The notes beneath the pieces were generated by a model that saw nothing but the letters and a program-made list of their open reading frames with translations, ran no database searches and was not told the origin of the DNA. The translations under genes and the position numbers were made by a program. A DNA stretch of 64,000 bases, taken from contig JANJGN010000034.1 of the NCBI GenBank assembly GCA_026770705.1, positions 5,146,001 to 5,210,000 on the forward strand. The letters run 5' to 3'. The stretch comes from Isurus oxyrinchus (taxonomy: Eukaryota). Of this stretch, positions 1 through 13,984 are shown in pieces (positions within the stretch are counted from its first letter, which is position 1; each line of letters opens with the position of its first letter).

Positions 1-129
1 ACAGAACCTATATGAAACAGAAGTTGTGATCAATAGAACGAAATAATATTAGTAAAAATTATAATAATCCTTGAAAAACCTATTCTTTTCACCGCGTTAT
101 ACTTGGAAATACTTTACATTTTCGAACAG

Positions 130-150
130 GTTCAGGGAAGGAATACAAGA
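130..150 (+). CDS. candidate 21-nt phase-1 micro-exon, (G)SGKEYK
   Basis: ttttcgaacAG|gttcagggaaggaatacaaga|GTattt. Same length as the exons at 39868 and 40420, but the donor is weak and there is no Leu at position 2. Confidence 0.25.
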
Positions 151-519
151 GTATTTTTTTAAAGAAACACATAACACAAGACCAATGTAGCTAAGCACTT
201 CAAAATATTGGCAGAAGAATCTCTGCACCCACGAGATATTTAATCTGAACGAAAGTGATTAAAAGGCCACAAATTAAGAGAGTTTTGCTTTCTTCTTTCA
301 ACATTCTGTGGTTTAATAACTGTTGAAGACTTTGTGAAATTTATATGTTTATGCACCTTTTCACTGGCGCTATCGCGTTGCTGAAAATGGGCCACCTACC
401 ATCGGAAAATGCCTCTAAATGATTCGTTTGACAAGTTATACTGGAATTTCTCAAAACAACTGAAAAGAGATTTTGTTAGCATTTGGCTAACTTAATACGC
501 TTGAGAAATATAATTTGGG

Positions 520-3110
520 CATGAAAGCATAAGAACACAAAATAAAGGAGAACGAGTAGCTGACACCACCTATCGAGCTTGCTTCGGCATTCAATGGGAT
601 TATGGCTGATGTTTGTCTTCAGATGCATTATAGTGCCGCTCAACACATCCCTTCATGCTGTGACAGAAGAAAAATCTGTTTATCCTACCCTTAAATTTAT
701 TCAACGATGGATAAGCTACAACAAATTGAGGAAGAGAAATCTTCAGACACACATCCATAGTGTAAAGAAATGTATTGTCATGTCAGCCCTAAATGATGGG
801 GTCATTAGACTGAGACTGACATGCAGTGTAAGTTTCCCCGACCAATGGAAACACTATGTCAGTTATCCCCCTATCAAGACAAATGATAATTGAATAGCTT
901 TCAGCGAAATCGCCTTTTATCATTCTAAACTTCAGAGGCATAAAGCCAAAAGATATTTAGCCACCAACACAAACATATCAGAGACCAATTTAGTTAACCT
1001 TCACTGTGCCACCTGAAAAGCAGTGTATCATTTCTTAAGTGCGGTGACGAACATTGCTTGAATTCCAGATGCCCCCTCACTAAACACTGTACAACTGCCG
1101 AAAGACTTATATAATCTTGCACTCTAAACACATTTGCAATAAAGGACAGCATGTAATCTGCCATCCTGCTTACTTGTTGCACCTGCATGCTAACTTTCAG
1201 TGTCCCTTGTGTCAGTACACTCAGTTCTCTTTGAACATCAACTAGTTACTCACCTTTCAAAAAATATATATATTCTGCATTTTTAGTCTTACAGACAAAG
1301 TGAATAAATTCATGTTTCTCTGTATGACTGCATTTGCCATCATTTTGCCCACTCGACTCGCCTTAAAATTCCAAACACTTTCCTATACTCAGCCAACTTA
1401 GATACATTTTTCTCTGCTTCTTTATCAAAATCAATGCTATACAGTGCAAAAAGCTGACACCCCTCACCTGTTCCTTGCAGGCCTAAATTATTTGGTGCAT
1501 GTCAACTTCGAAATTAAGGCACTGTTTACGCTCAGTCTGTTTTCAATCCATTAACCAATCTGCTATCATTGCCGATATATTAGAGCAACTCCATTTGCCC
1601 CTAATTTGCACGTTATCCTTTCATGTCTCACCCTTTCATATGTCTTATGTAAGTTCACGTAGAAAAATTCTAATTTCCTCGCTTTTACGTAAAACTAGTT
1701 ACATCTAAAAATAAAACTATAATTGTTTGATGAATCAGAATTTTACTTTTCTCAAACAATAATGGTTTGTTCCTGATATTATGCTTCCCCAAATACATTT
1801 GTTGGGATATCCTCAAAATTAGTTTGCAACGTTCTCCAAGTACTGGTGTTAGGCTAAGTGCCCTAAAGTTCAGCGCTTTTTTTCCCCCCTCGATACTGCC
1901 TTTCTTGACATGTGCTGCAACAATTGCCATTTTGCAATCAGGTGGCATTGATTGCTAAATTTCGGTAACTTTCTGAATGTGACAGATAACACATTATTTC
2001 TGCATCTACCACTGGCAGAACATTGTTGTGTAGACCATCAGGTTCGTAGGACAGTTTTGTTCTCAGTCCCTTAAGTTTGTCAAAATTTTCCTCTGCAGTT
2101 ATTAATTACCATAAGACACTTTCACTATTACCCACAGTTTGTTATGTATTTCTGCAACAAAAGTTGTCCTTTCTATTGTGAAAACATACACAAAATATTT
2201 GCTGATTGCCTGCATCCTAACGTTGTTCCCCTTGATAGTTATTCATGTGCTTGTTTCTATGGGACTTACGTTTTTCTTTGCTCTTCCCTTTCGTATGATC
2301 TCATGTTTTATATTTCCCTTTGATAAAATTGTTTGTAGGCATTTGCTGGTATCTAAAACATTCCCTGATAAGCTTTTAATTTTAGCAAAAGTGTAAGTCT
2401 CTCCTATTTATAGAATGTAATTATTAACATCCGAATTGGGCCACAGATCAATTTTGAATGCTAAGTTTGCGTTTTTTCAAATGACTCCGTTTTTTGGAAT
2501 ATTTTTAATAGTTTCATTGAACGTTGCCAATTGCTGATTTGTGACTATACGATTTCGTCTTTTACCAATCAATATTAGCCTCTTCTCCTTTTGCTTCCAT
2601 GTATTTGCTTTCTATGCATGTTGAATGCTTTTTCTTGCAATTGGATTTTGCTGCTTTCAAACTTCACATAACGTAAAATGGTATGCTGAGCACGAGTACC
2701 ATTTGGAGATTTTAACATGACATCACGAATTGAACATGTTAAATAACACAATATTAGATCTAAGTTAATTTTAATTCTATATATTTACACACCGCACAGC
2801 TCCAACAATCTTCCACGAAAACCATCTAAAACATATCTTCCCGACGGTTTTGGCCAATTGATTGTCCCTGCTACACTGAAGATGAACTTTTTCAACATTT
2901 ATTTACATTTCACTTGTTATTATTTCAGACTTTTTTCTATGTATTTAGTTATCTGCCCCCCCCCCCCCCACCCCCACCCACACCCCAACGGCTTAACAGC
3001 AGTTTGGGTTACTATGAACTTCTCCCATCAATGTTTTCTCACAATTGCCTTTTCTAAGCTCAACCCATTCTGATTTTACTTCATTATCATTGAACACCAT
3101 TTCCTTTCTC
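520..3110 (-). mobile_element. old degenerate CR1-clade LINE, ORF2 RT and 3' end
   Basis: Minus-strand ORF 994..1188 (QVQQV..ADYMLSFI..LVRGHLE..SPHLRND) matches the CR1 RT C-terminal motif LVRPHLEYC..WSP. CR1-type 3' UTR near 520-620. Many stops. Confidence 0.8.
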
Positions 3111-3114
3111 TCCA

Positions 3115-3450
3115 CTGAGGGAGGCGACGGTTTAATTTTAGTGTCACTTGGGCACATGACCCAGGGATCTGCATCAATGCTGTGATATGCATGTACAAAT
3201 CCAAACGCTACAGATAACAGAATTCAATTAAAAGAATAAAAATCAGAAAAGAAAGAAGAAAAATTTGTCGATTGTCATCAAAAACCCATCTTGCTTACTA
3301 ATTCCATTAACAGAATGAAATTTGCCCTCTTTGACCAATCTGTCCTCCATGTGAATCCTGACCCTCCACAATTTGTTTGGCTCTTAAATGACTTCTGGAA
3401 TTCTAGGGCTGTCGTTATCAAACCATTAGAAAATCTATAAGGAATGAAGT
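3115..3450 (+). mobile_element. tRNA-derived SINE-like head preceding a LINE ORF
   Basis: Degenerate A/B-box-like head (gaggcgacggtttaattttagtgtcact...caaatcc) resembling shark tRNA-SINE heads. Better-preserved paralogs at ~28555 and ~28795 contain gattcgaatcc (B-box-like). Confidence 0.5.
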
Positions 3451-5080
3451 CAGATTGGCAACTCGGCATTCACTGAGCGCTGGAAAATGTAGTGGTAAAC
3501 AATTCATTTTCGTTCCTCCAACGTTCATGTTCGTAGCATCAGGGACGAAGGCCCAGATTCAGAAATTTACCCCACAGGCTAGTGAAGCAGCAGCCAGAAT
3601 ATTCATTGTCATGCAAGCATATATTGCACATCATGTTGCAAAAATGATTCACACCATTCCTGGTTAAGTCTTGACTGACAAGGAGGGCAGGACCGGCATT
3701 GGTGTGAAAACACGACTGTACGGCCGTGGCAAAATTACCACGGGAGACCTCAGCAATGAACCTCATCCATTAAGTTTCATGGCATTGCATGAAACTTGGG
3801 AAAGGAATTATCCTGCGGTTTACCACACATGGACTTACCTGCCCCCTCCGCCCCCGAGCCAAACTGCTGACTTAGCACTCCCTCATATTGAAAGCCACTT
3901 CAGGCAGCTTGATGGAATCATTAAAGTTTGAAAGTGCACCAAATAACTCTGAGTAGGGGGCGTCAATTCCTATCATCAGCATTATTTCAGAAGCATTATC
4001 ACGGTTTGTGCCTTCCGAGTTCTAAAAGTCATAGTTTCTAAATTAGGACTTTGGTAAGTATTGAAAAAAATAAACAGCATGCAGTGGCAACAATTACATG
4101 ATGTCATCCTGAACAATTTGTCTGCTTCAGGTGCACCTGGCCATGACGTTAAAGTTGGCGTCACCGGCGCATAGCCCTTAAGCACAACACTGCCCATTTT
4201 CACATTGAGGATGCCACCCATCAGTTTTGTGGGATACTACGACCATGCCACGTACGATAAGTGTCGAACTCATGTAGCACCTAAAGACTGGCCATCCATG
4301 AGGCTCTGTCAGTTATCTGCAGGGACTTTCTTGCATTCAACCACAGTGTGTAAGCCCAAGGCCTGTTGTGTACCCAATTAAGCTACCTGTCAGTGATTTA
4401 CTCCGTTTTAATGATGAGTGCAGATAGACATGCAAATTCTGCAGCAGGCATACATGGAAATGAGATTTCAACCTTTTGAAGTAGCAACTCAGGTCTACCT
4501 CAATGCCAAGCAGTGTAAGCAGGTTGCAACATACAGCATGAAAGAATTGGACAACCAAGCAATCAGATTTAAGCTCAACAGTCATCCCATATCCAGCATA
4601 GCATCATGGTAGTCAAGTCAACAACTCACTGGAGGTCGGGTCTCCACACATTGCCCCATCCTCAATAATGTAGGAGCCTAGCACGTCACTGCAGAACACA
4701 AGACTGAAGCTTTTCCAGAATCTTCATCCAGGACTGCCGAGAAGATGACCCAAATTCCCTCCGGCGATGGTCAGCAGCCTCACAGGTGCCAATCTTCATC
4801 TAATTCGATAAGCTCATATGAAATCAAGAAATGTCTTAAGTCACTGTATAAGACAAAGCCTCTGGCACTTATAATATTCTTGCAACCGTGTTGAAGGCTC
4901 ATTATTTAGAACATGCCTTAGCCAAATTGTTCCAGTAAAAAGACAATGCTGGCATCTACCAAACCATATGGAAAATGCCACCAGCATCTCCTGGACACAT
5001 ACACACGCACACACAGACAAACAGTGGAAATCTCACCCATCCAATTACTGAACATCAGTTCATTCTCGATCATCAACAAA
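3450..5080 (+). mobile_element. degenerate non-LTR retrotransposon (family B), APE endonuclease and start of RT; 5' part
   Basis: Frameshifted APE-type motifs (TYLPPP..LPHIESH, VGASIP/GDFN-like, later ..HPITEHQFILDH). Interrupted at ~5080 by a CR1 and resumes at ~9399. Confidence 0.75.
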
Positions 5081-8000
5081 GAGCGCATACCCATGAAAGG
5101 GGGAGAGGCATCATCCTGAGTAAGGCACAGCCAGAGTGAGTGTGTGGATTCGCAATGCTGGTGCTTAGTTAGAATTCGGTGCATCGGGAGGAGCTCATCT
5201 TCACATGCTATTCTTTGCTATCCAACTAGTAAAATCTTCAGATAGTGCTCTTGCACTGCAGCAGCATTACAGGTGCTATGGGAAAAGAATGATTGGTAAT
5301 TGGCGGGTAAGTTTGGGTAAATATTAAAGACTACTATTGCTTATAGTTTAAGGCCTTTTTCTGGTTTATAGTTTGTATATGCTGTAGTAACGAGAATCAG
5401 GAAAGAAGGGCCCTGGAGTAATTGTTTTATAAGTTTTATGTTAAAGCGATAAATCTTTAAAGGAGAGCTCAAAGCGATGGTGTGCTCCTCGTGCTCCATG
5501 TCGGAAGCTGGGAACGTTTCCAGTGCCTGGGGCCAACATGTGTGCAGGAAGAGTTTGCAGTTGTAGCTCCTGGAAGTTCGGGATTCAGAGCTGAAACGGC
5601 GATTGGGGGCTGTTTGGATCATCCAAGAGTCATAGAGCAACATGGATAGCAGTTTTAGAGAGTTGGGCACAACGCAGCTAGAGGGAATTGAGGTAGGAAG
5701 GGAATGGTTGATCAACAAGCAGTCGAATAATAGCAGGCAGGTAGTTCAGTAGTCCCCAGGTGTCCCATTCGAAAATCGGTAATCCATTTCGGAGGCTGGT
5801 TGCTGCAGGGAGTTCTGAGAGAGCCATGCTTCTGGCACCTCAAGCAGCCTGTCTGTACAGGAGATAACAAATAGAGGCAAAGCAATAATAGCAAGGGACT
5901 CTATAGTCACGGGTATAGATAGGCTCTGCAGTGGCCGTCATTGTGTCTAGAGGGTGGGTTATTGCCTCCCTGATGCCATGGTCTGGGATGTCACTAAATG
6001 GCTGCAGGGCAGCCTGTAAGGGGAGAGCGATTAGACAGAGGCCTTGGTACCTTTTGGCACCAGTGACATCGGTACAAAGTTTAATGAGCTCTTGTATCCT
6101 ATAATTCAGGGTGTTAGACAGAAGAATAAAAAGCAGGACATCTCGAGTTGTTATCTCTGGATTACATGCAGTGTCACGTGCTAGCGTGTGAGAAAACGGA
6201 AAATAGGGCAGATGATTATGTCGCTTCAGTGTTGGTGCAGAAGGAAGATTTTTTTTCCTGCATCGCTGGGATCTTTTCTGGGGTATGTGTGATATTTATA
6301 AGTGGGGCATTTTCCATCTGAATCCGAGCGGGACTAACCTCCATGCGCACGGTTTTGCTAGTGCTTTTGGGAGGAGATTGAACTAATTCAGTAGGGGAAG
6401 GAGAGACAGAATGTTAGCCGATTTCGCACGCATCATAATAAAGTAAGGGTAGCAAGTCAGCGAGAGTACAGCTGCATTAGGGCTGAATGGACGAAGGCAA
6501 GCATGCATGCCATCTAGTTTCATGCCAGGAGTTTTAAAAGTAAACGGATTAGTTAAGGATGTGGATTGACAAGTGGAATTGTGATAAAGCAGCGATCACT
6601 GAGACATGGTTGAGGGAGGGCTAGGAGTGGCAGCTCAACATTCTGGAATGTAGAGTATTCAGACGAGACGGGGGAGGAGGTTAGAGAGATGCAGGCATTG
6701 CATTACTGGTTAAGGAGTCTGATACTGCTGTAATGAGATATGATATATTTGTGGTAGCATCGAATGAAACTTTGTGCGTAGAGCTTGGGAACAGAAAAAG
6801 TGGTAGCAACATTTTTACGTGTTTATTACACTCCCCCAGAACGTCAGCGTGTAATTCAGCAGCAAATATGCGCACAATTTGCGGAGATTTGCAAAAACAA
6901 TAATAACAGTGCAATTATATAAGGTGATTTTAAATTTCCCAAAATTAATTGGGATACCCATAGTGATAAGGGCTGGCATGGAGTTGATTTTTTGACAAGC
7001 ATACATGACAGCTTTTTAGATCAATATGTACAGGGTCCAACAGGTTACAGCACAGTGCAAGAACTTATTCTGGGGAATAAAGTCTTTAAGTGACTGTGGT
7101 GATGGTGTGGTAGCATTTTATTAATAGCGACGACAAAATGGTAAAAATTAAGGTTTTTACGGACATAGAAATACACACATTGCAAAAAAAAAAATATACT
7201 TTGGGTTTGCAAATAGCTGATGTTAGTAAAATAGCGCACGATCTGGGCAACGCACACTGGGAATAGCTACTTCTGGGGCAATCCACAAAGGTGCATTGCG
7301 GATGCATTCGAAAAGGAACGGTAGAAAGTACAGGCTCAAACTGTTCCATCCACAGTGATAGGAAGAATTAACCAACCCAGAAAACGTTGGATGACGAGAG
7401 ATATTTGGTGTACGATGAGATGGAAAAGAGAAGCTTTAACAGAGACCAGGGAAGAACGTCAGTGGAGGAATCAGTGTACTACAGAAAACGAAGGGTGGAG
7501 CTTAAGAAAGCTATTAGGAGAATATAGAGGGCATATGAGAAAGCTCTGTCTTGTAAAAGTAGTGAAAATCCCGGATGGTCTATAACTATATCAATGGGAA
7601 AAGCATTACCAGAGGAAGGTTAGGGCCCCTTATGCACCACGGGGGGAATGTATGGGTGCAGCATGGAGGACACTGGTTCATTGTTCAATGCTTCTCATTC
7701 GTCTTCACCCAAGAACATGAGGATGAAGGTATGCAACTCGGGGAGAGACAATGTGAGGATCTTGATCAAGTTGGTATAGGGAGCAAAAAGGTACTGTCAG
7801 TCCGAAAAGTGGACAAATATCCAGGTTGTTCAGGATGATTTGTGGCCCAGACTGCTGAGGGAGGCAAGGGAGGAGATCGGAGGGGCTCTGACCACAATTT
7901 TTAGATTTTCACTGGCCACGGGGGAGGTGCCAGTGGTCTGGAGAACCGCTAAAGTCTTTTTCCGCTATTAAGGACGGGTTGCAGATATAACATTGAGAAC

Positions 8001-9398
8001 TATAGGCCAGTGAGTCGCATGTAAATTGTGCGAAATTACAGAAAATATCAAAGGAGAGATGCTATCTCCACTTATATAAGCAAGATTTAATCAGGGAATG
8101 TCGTCATGGCTTTGACAGAGGGAGGTCATATCTAACAAATTTGATTTACTTTATTGAGGAGGTGGCAGATGTGTAGAATAGGGTACTGCAGTTCAGGTAA
8201 ATTACATGGATTTAAACAATGCTGTTGACAAGATCGTTCGTGGGTACTTATAAAGAACGCAAGTGCACATCGGAGACAGTGTAATTTGAATAAGTTGGAT
8301 CCAAAAATGGCTTTGGTGCAGGAGACCGAGGGTGATGACAAAAGGATGCAACAGTGATTGGAACCACTGTCCAATAGAGTACCATAGGGATCCTCGCTGG
8401 GCCCCTTATTATTCTAAATTTATATAAACGACATGGACGGATATGTTGTGGGTAGGATTAGTAGGTTTTGGGAATGACGCAAAGATTTTCTGGGTGGTTA
8501 AGAGCGAGGTTGAGTGCTTTGGGCCATAGGAACATATTGACGGGAATGGACAAATGGACAATTAAACGGCAGCTGGAATTTAAAATATAAACGTATGAGA
8601 TGATGCACTTGGGAAAGAGTAATTTGACAAGCAAGTATTCATTGAAAATCATAGCATTCGAATGTTCTGAGGAAAAAAGTCACATTGGCGTGTGTGTCCA
8701 TAGATCTCTGAAGGCGGAGGGGCATGTTAGTTGGGCGGTGCAAAAGGCATATCGGACACTTGCCTTTAAAAATCGAGGCGCAGATTACAGAAGTAGGGAG
8801 ATCATGTACATGGTGTACAGAACATTGGTGAGGCTAGAGGCAGAGCAGTGTGCACAGTTCTGGTCGCCATGTTTTAGGTTAGTTGCGATTTGACTGGAGG
8901 ACGTGCAGAGGAGAATTAGTAGGATGTTGCCTGCGATAAAGCATGTAAGTTACGAAGAGACGTTAGAAAAACTTGTATTGTTTTCGTTGCAGCGGAGAAG
9001 GTGGAGGGGCGACCTAATCGAGGTGCACAAGATTATGTGTGGCCTGGAATGGTTGGTCAGGTTGCAGCTGTTCCTTTTAGTTGAAGGGTCAGTCAAGAGG
9101 TGACATAGGTTCAAGGTTCAAGGGCAGGAGGTTTAGGAATGTTGTGAGGAAATAGGTTTTACCCAGGTGCAGGAGACGGTCTGGGATGTGCTGCCTTGGA
9201 GGTTGACGGGGGGGGGGGGTTGACTCACATGCTTTAAAAAATATGTGGGTGAGCACTTGGGAAATCATAACTTTCAAGGCTATGGGTGAAGTGCTTGTAA
9301 ATGGGATTAGGAAGGAAAGGCAGGTGTGATTCACGTGTTGGTGCAGACTCAACGGACAAATGGGCCTCTTCTGCACTATGTGATTCTGTGATTCTGTG
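5081..9398 (+). mobile_element. near full-length CR1 LINE (ORF1 zinc finger and SGNH esterase, ORF2 EN-RT), inactivated
   Basis: ORF1 remnant MVCSSCSMSEA..VCRK at ~5477 and esterase-like AIIARDSIVTGID..YCLPDA at ~5880. EN motif ITETWLREG at ~6595. RT C-terminus in ORFs 8600..8893 and 8903..9103. 3' tail gattctgtgattctgtg, the CR1 octamer repeat. Confidence 0.9.
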
Positions 9399-9905
9399 AA
9401 AATTCATCAAAAATGTTTTCTTCTGGCATTTGCTTAGCAATACCCTGCTCGCTGACACACAGTTTTAGTGCCAACAGGATCACACAGCTCCAGAACGTAT
9501 TTAAGGTTTGGAAATAAATTGGGCAAAACAGCTGACTCTAGAGGTGAGATGAGGGTGACTGCCCATGAGACCAACAGCAACATCCACATGTCATCAAGAG
9601 CCGTGGCACAACAGAAGTTAATAGAAAGTGAAGCTCCCCGCTGCTCTGGAGTCATTTGTTGCACAAGGGAAAGTTTTGGTCATCTTTGTTATTGCTGTTC
9701 ATCAATTTTGGTACCAACGCATCGCTTCAGCATTCCTTGAGAGTAGTGCCAAAGCGCAAACATCTTCAGCTGCTTCATCAATGACCTTCTTTCCATCATA
9801 ACGTCAGAAATGGCGACGCTCACCGTTGATTCTACAATGTTCAGAAGCATTTGCGTCCACGCAGATACTGAGGCAGTCCATCCAATTATTAACAATACCT
9901 GGGGT
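9399..9905 (+). mobile_element. family B LINE RT, continuation of 3450-5080
   Basis: Resumes with HLLSNTLLADTQF and PNIFSCFINDL..ST motifs, collinear with the paralog at 30400-30760. Confidence 0.75.
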
Positions 9906-10420
9906 GTTGAGATCTAATTTATTTACCACTATTTGTGCAATGTATCTTATTGCAGATGCTTTATAAATTCGCATATACAACTTTAAACTCATAATGTTTC
10001 CATTCCCCCCAATGCCGTTATTTGCTGAGGTACATTTTTTTCTTTAAAGCTCGGTGTCTTGCTTTCCCACCGCGCTTCTCTTTACCCATATCACTCCGCT
10101 GCTCTGACGTCTGGGCATTCCTCGATTTTCTAAAACTACCATCACATTAACACGTGTTATGGGTTGCCTTTGTGCTCGACACACTTTTTATTCTACTGTC
10201 AGGGTTGGAACATGGCAATCGAATCATTTGACTTTTATTTGATACTGGGCGAAACTCTGTGAGGGTAACATTAATCCTCAGAACATTTGTTGTGGATACC
10301 ATAGCAAGTAAAACAAGCGGCTCTCGTCAATCAATGCTGCCGACAGCAGGATAACAGCAAAGACATCGAGCGTTGATCACCTCAATATTATGTTTAGTGC
10401 CGAATCCAACTTTGACCCAG
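9905..10420 (-). mobile_element. very old CR1 ORF1/ORF2 junction remnant
   Basis: Minus strand LKLYMRIYKASAI.. (ORF 9804..9992) resembles the CR1 ORF2 start LKxLYxNARSI. Paralogous to 31590-31780 and 34320-34630. Confidence 0.45.
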
Positions 10421-11633
10421 ATAGAGGTAAGAGAGAGGAGAGAAAAACAAGTAGAGAGGGAGAGCAGGAGAGAGACGAACGTCAGTAAATGGTCACAGAG
10501 GCACTCACTAATGGAAAAAAAAGAGGCTAGACCAACAGCTCGTCAATGAACAGAAATGCAAAGTGTAAACAATACGCAACTAATTTTCAACGGAGTTTGA
10601 TGCTCAGGTACTTCTAGGCACAGAGTGGAACTGAAACATTGGTAATTAGCAAGAAAGACACAGAGTTCCAGCAAATGACAGATATACACAAATATGCAGT
10701 TGAAAGAGAGATGGGTATTAAATAGCGTGAGAGAAATATTTACTCAAATCTGTTATGCGCATGCATAAAAGGAAAGAAAAACTTTCACTCAGAAATACGG
10801 ATTTAGTCTCTTGGAAAACTGTTGGCCTATACGATTCGTATTAACAAATGCTAAAGATGACAAACTATGACAGTAAAAAAAAAAATGGAATGAAAACAAG
10901 CCAGTGAAGTAACCATTGAGTGGATCGAATTTCCCCGACAGAGAGGAGGAAACTGGCAACTGACGTTCAGCAGCTAGCATTCCAAATGAAATTGAAAGAG
11001 AGCACATATTCTGTCAGAGAGTGATGAGTTAAGAAACCTCTGGCACTGCTTAGCGTTTCAGGAGAACAAAAAAATGGTCTGACTTTGCCCGGCATCTGTA
11101 AAGTAGCGGAAGACAACTCCAAAATTACACTTTCGCTCAATGTAGCACAATTACATCTGCCCAAAGATGACCATTCTTGATCCAATATATTGCGCTCCTC
11201 CTTTAATACTGCCAGGTGCTGACATCAAATTGACGGGCAGTCAAATGAAAGGTTAGCAGAGTGTTCAATGATGGCTTGCTGTCTAAAATCCTTCACTCCA
11301 TCATGAGCAAGTTTGTTGAACAATGATTCAGGTGCTTCAAAGCTCAAGAGTAATTGTGCTTATGGAAAGAAAATTCACCCTGGGGGATTCTTCAGAGCCG
11401 GATGTTTTGCTTTTCTGACTGACAGGCGACGGGTTTCAGGACTTCAAAAATGCTGAACAAAAAATGGTCACTGCTGTGCAAGCAATTTCGGGACCACTTG
11501 GCAGTTGTAAAAGCAAAAATTGCATTAAAAATTAACGCATGCCAAATTATTCAATCTTACTGATGTGATGAGTGAACCAATGGATGGTCTTGCTTTAAAA
11601 GCAGACTGCGTTTGAATAAAGCATTCTCTCCAG

Positions 11634-11648
11634 ATCTGGGAAAAAAAG
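11634..11648 (+). CDS. candidate 15-nt phase-1 micro-exon, (D)LGKK
   Basis: cattctctccAG|atctgggaaaaaaag|GTaatt, with Leu at position 2 as in the other micro-exons. An alternative acceptor upstream (exon start 11605) resembles that of exon 52872. Confidence 0.3.
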
Positions 11649-12904
11649 GTAATTAGGAGTGTTGATTGATTCAGTTTGGGCTCTGCTTGAATTGGAAAAT
11701 AGGTGTGATATCTATGATATGCGGCTGTTGGATGCTAGTGGAGTCAGCAATTCTACTTCCGCTTTTATGTGAAAAACTATTTTCCAAAATGGAAAACAAA
11801 AGCCTGCATGGACTGGAATTGTTTAACAAAATTGCCTGTCAGGGAGCAAGCAAACTCCATGACGATTGTAAAATAAGTTTCATCACATCCAGTAAATTAC
11901 CACACAATATCCGCATGAGTGGGCATGGGCCATCATTCTCACTTGCATAGTCAAAGTGATAGATTTTCACGTGCGTCTGGAAATGTGATAGGGAGGCAAA
12001 GAGGTTGCGATGCTAAGAAATCGATTTCCTGCAATCGGTGTCTGACAGCATGACGACGTTTAGCCAGGTGATTAAAACTGAAGTTCATGACTGGTCAGAT
12101 TAGGAGAAAATTTTCTATCTTTCGAGGTTAGAAGGCTGCTGCTGAGTGTAGAAATAGAAAGTGCAAGGCTTCCTCATTAAATATTTACTCAAGTTCGAAT
12201 TCGAAGCTCACTTTGGGTGTGACAACGTGGGCCAATGAGCACAGAAATTATTATAGATGTGAACTTTTACGAGTTAGAACAGGGGCAAGGGAAATTGAAT
12301 AAGATATGTAATGAATACGTTGGAGTAGCAAATCACAGAGAAATCAGAGACATTGCGAATTGTAAGCTAAGGCAATAACAGTACCGGGCGAGGCTGCAGA
12401 GGGGGAAACAGATGACCTTATTATCACGTACGTTTATCACTTTAATATTCACGGAGGTGGAATGAGGAAGGAATTTGCCAAGGGCTTGGTTGAAACTCGA
12501 GAATTTGCCTGATTGTGGCAAGTAGTTCAGCGCTGGAGAGAAACCTTTATGTGGGCTACAGAAGATAATGTCGTTGGTCCTCCGTTTAGGTAGTTCCATA
12601 TAAATCCAAAACATGAATTGTTGAATTCCAGCAGAGAGTTCAGTAATTTGCATACAGTATGATATTCGGAGAGTTACAGAAATTCTATCAGCAGTGGTAC
12701 TTTCTTCAAGTATTAAGGCAGGTGCCGTAACTTTATACAATGGCTTGAAAGATGGAGATCTGTACTTTTATCATCTTTGATTTGTGTTTTCTGCCTTTAT
12801 AAAAATATGACTGAACTACTGCACCAAAGAAAGGAATAATTGCCCTTTATAGTAGGCAATTCAGCATGTGGGACTTGAAACTGCTTCTCCGAATAATCCA
12901 ATTT

Positions 12905-13560
12905 TTTTTTTACTCATTTGTGGGCTGTAGACATTGCTAGCCGTGCAACATTTATTGCCAAATGCGAAATGCATCCGAGAAGATGACGGCGAGCTGCCTA
13001 GATGAACCATTGCATCCCATGCTGAGTATTTACATCCAGAATGTTGTTAGAGAGGGAGTTCCATGATTTCGACACAGCAACAGTGGAGGAACTTCAAAAT
13101 ATTTACAATCAGTTTGATGCATGATTGGAGATAAATTGGTAACTGGTGATGTTCCCATGCATCTGATATCCTTGTCGTTCTAGATGGTAAGTTTCTGAGT
13201 TTGGTCATGGACCCTTGGTGAGTTCCTATCCTGCATTTTGTAGATAGTTCACACTGCTGCCACTGTGCGATGGTGGTTAAGGGAATTGATATGTATAGAT
13301 AGGATGCCAAACGTACGAGCTGATTTATGTTAGATGGTATCAATCATCTCCGGTTTTGGAATGACACCCATCCAAGCAATTGGTGAGCATTCCATTTCGA
13401 AACTAACTCTTGCTTCATAGATGGTGGACGGGTTTGGGGATTCTGGCTATGAGTTGCTCGCCACAATATTCCCAGGATCTAGCCTGCTCTTGTAACCACA
13501 ATATTGATACGACTTGTCCATTTCAATTCCTGGTCATTGCTAGCCTATAGGAAACTGTGT
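12905..13560 (-). mobile_element. family B LINE 3' fragment (duplicate at ~15120-15800)
   Basis: Reverse complement matches the 3' end at 30950-31460. Confidence 0.75.
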
Positions 13561-13984
13561 ATGCATGGGACGATTAGTTATTGTGTAACATTTGAGTGTT
13601 CAGTTTGCAGTTTCCGTTGTAGAGCTATGAAGTCTAAGCATAAGGAATAGACTGTGGTCAGATTCTAAATGTCTTCCCCATTTTTCCCTACAGTCCTGAC
13701 AAAGAGCCAAGACGGTAAGTCACCAGAAATCAGCTTTCCAGCTAAAAATGAACAAATGTGTGTGTTTCTGGTAGGGACGAAGTTTGCACAGCATTCCACT
13801 AGACGCCTTTGGATATTTTTAACTAAAAATGGCGAGGATTGCCTTTGGTTTCAGACAAACTCTAAGTTGCCAGCCATAACTGATGATTGTACATTTTGCC
13901 ACCATCAAAAATAAGGCTCGACTGCGCTTTGGATATATGTGTGTCCGGTTGTGTATGATTATAAGTCTAGAGGCGGTGTCAAAG

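Noticed and set aside
11014-11082. LWHCLAFQEN resembling the hAT transposase HCxxHQE motif
   Set aside because: The key His is absent, and there are no other transposase motifs or TIRs.
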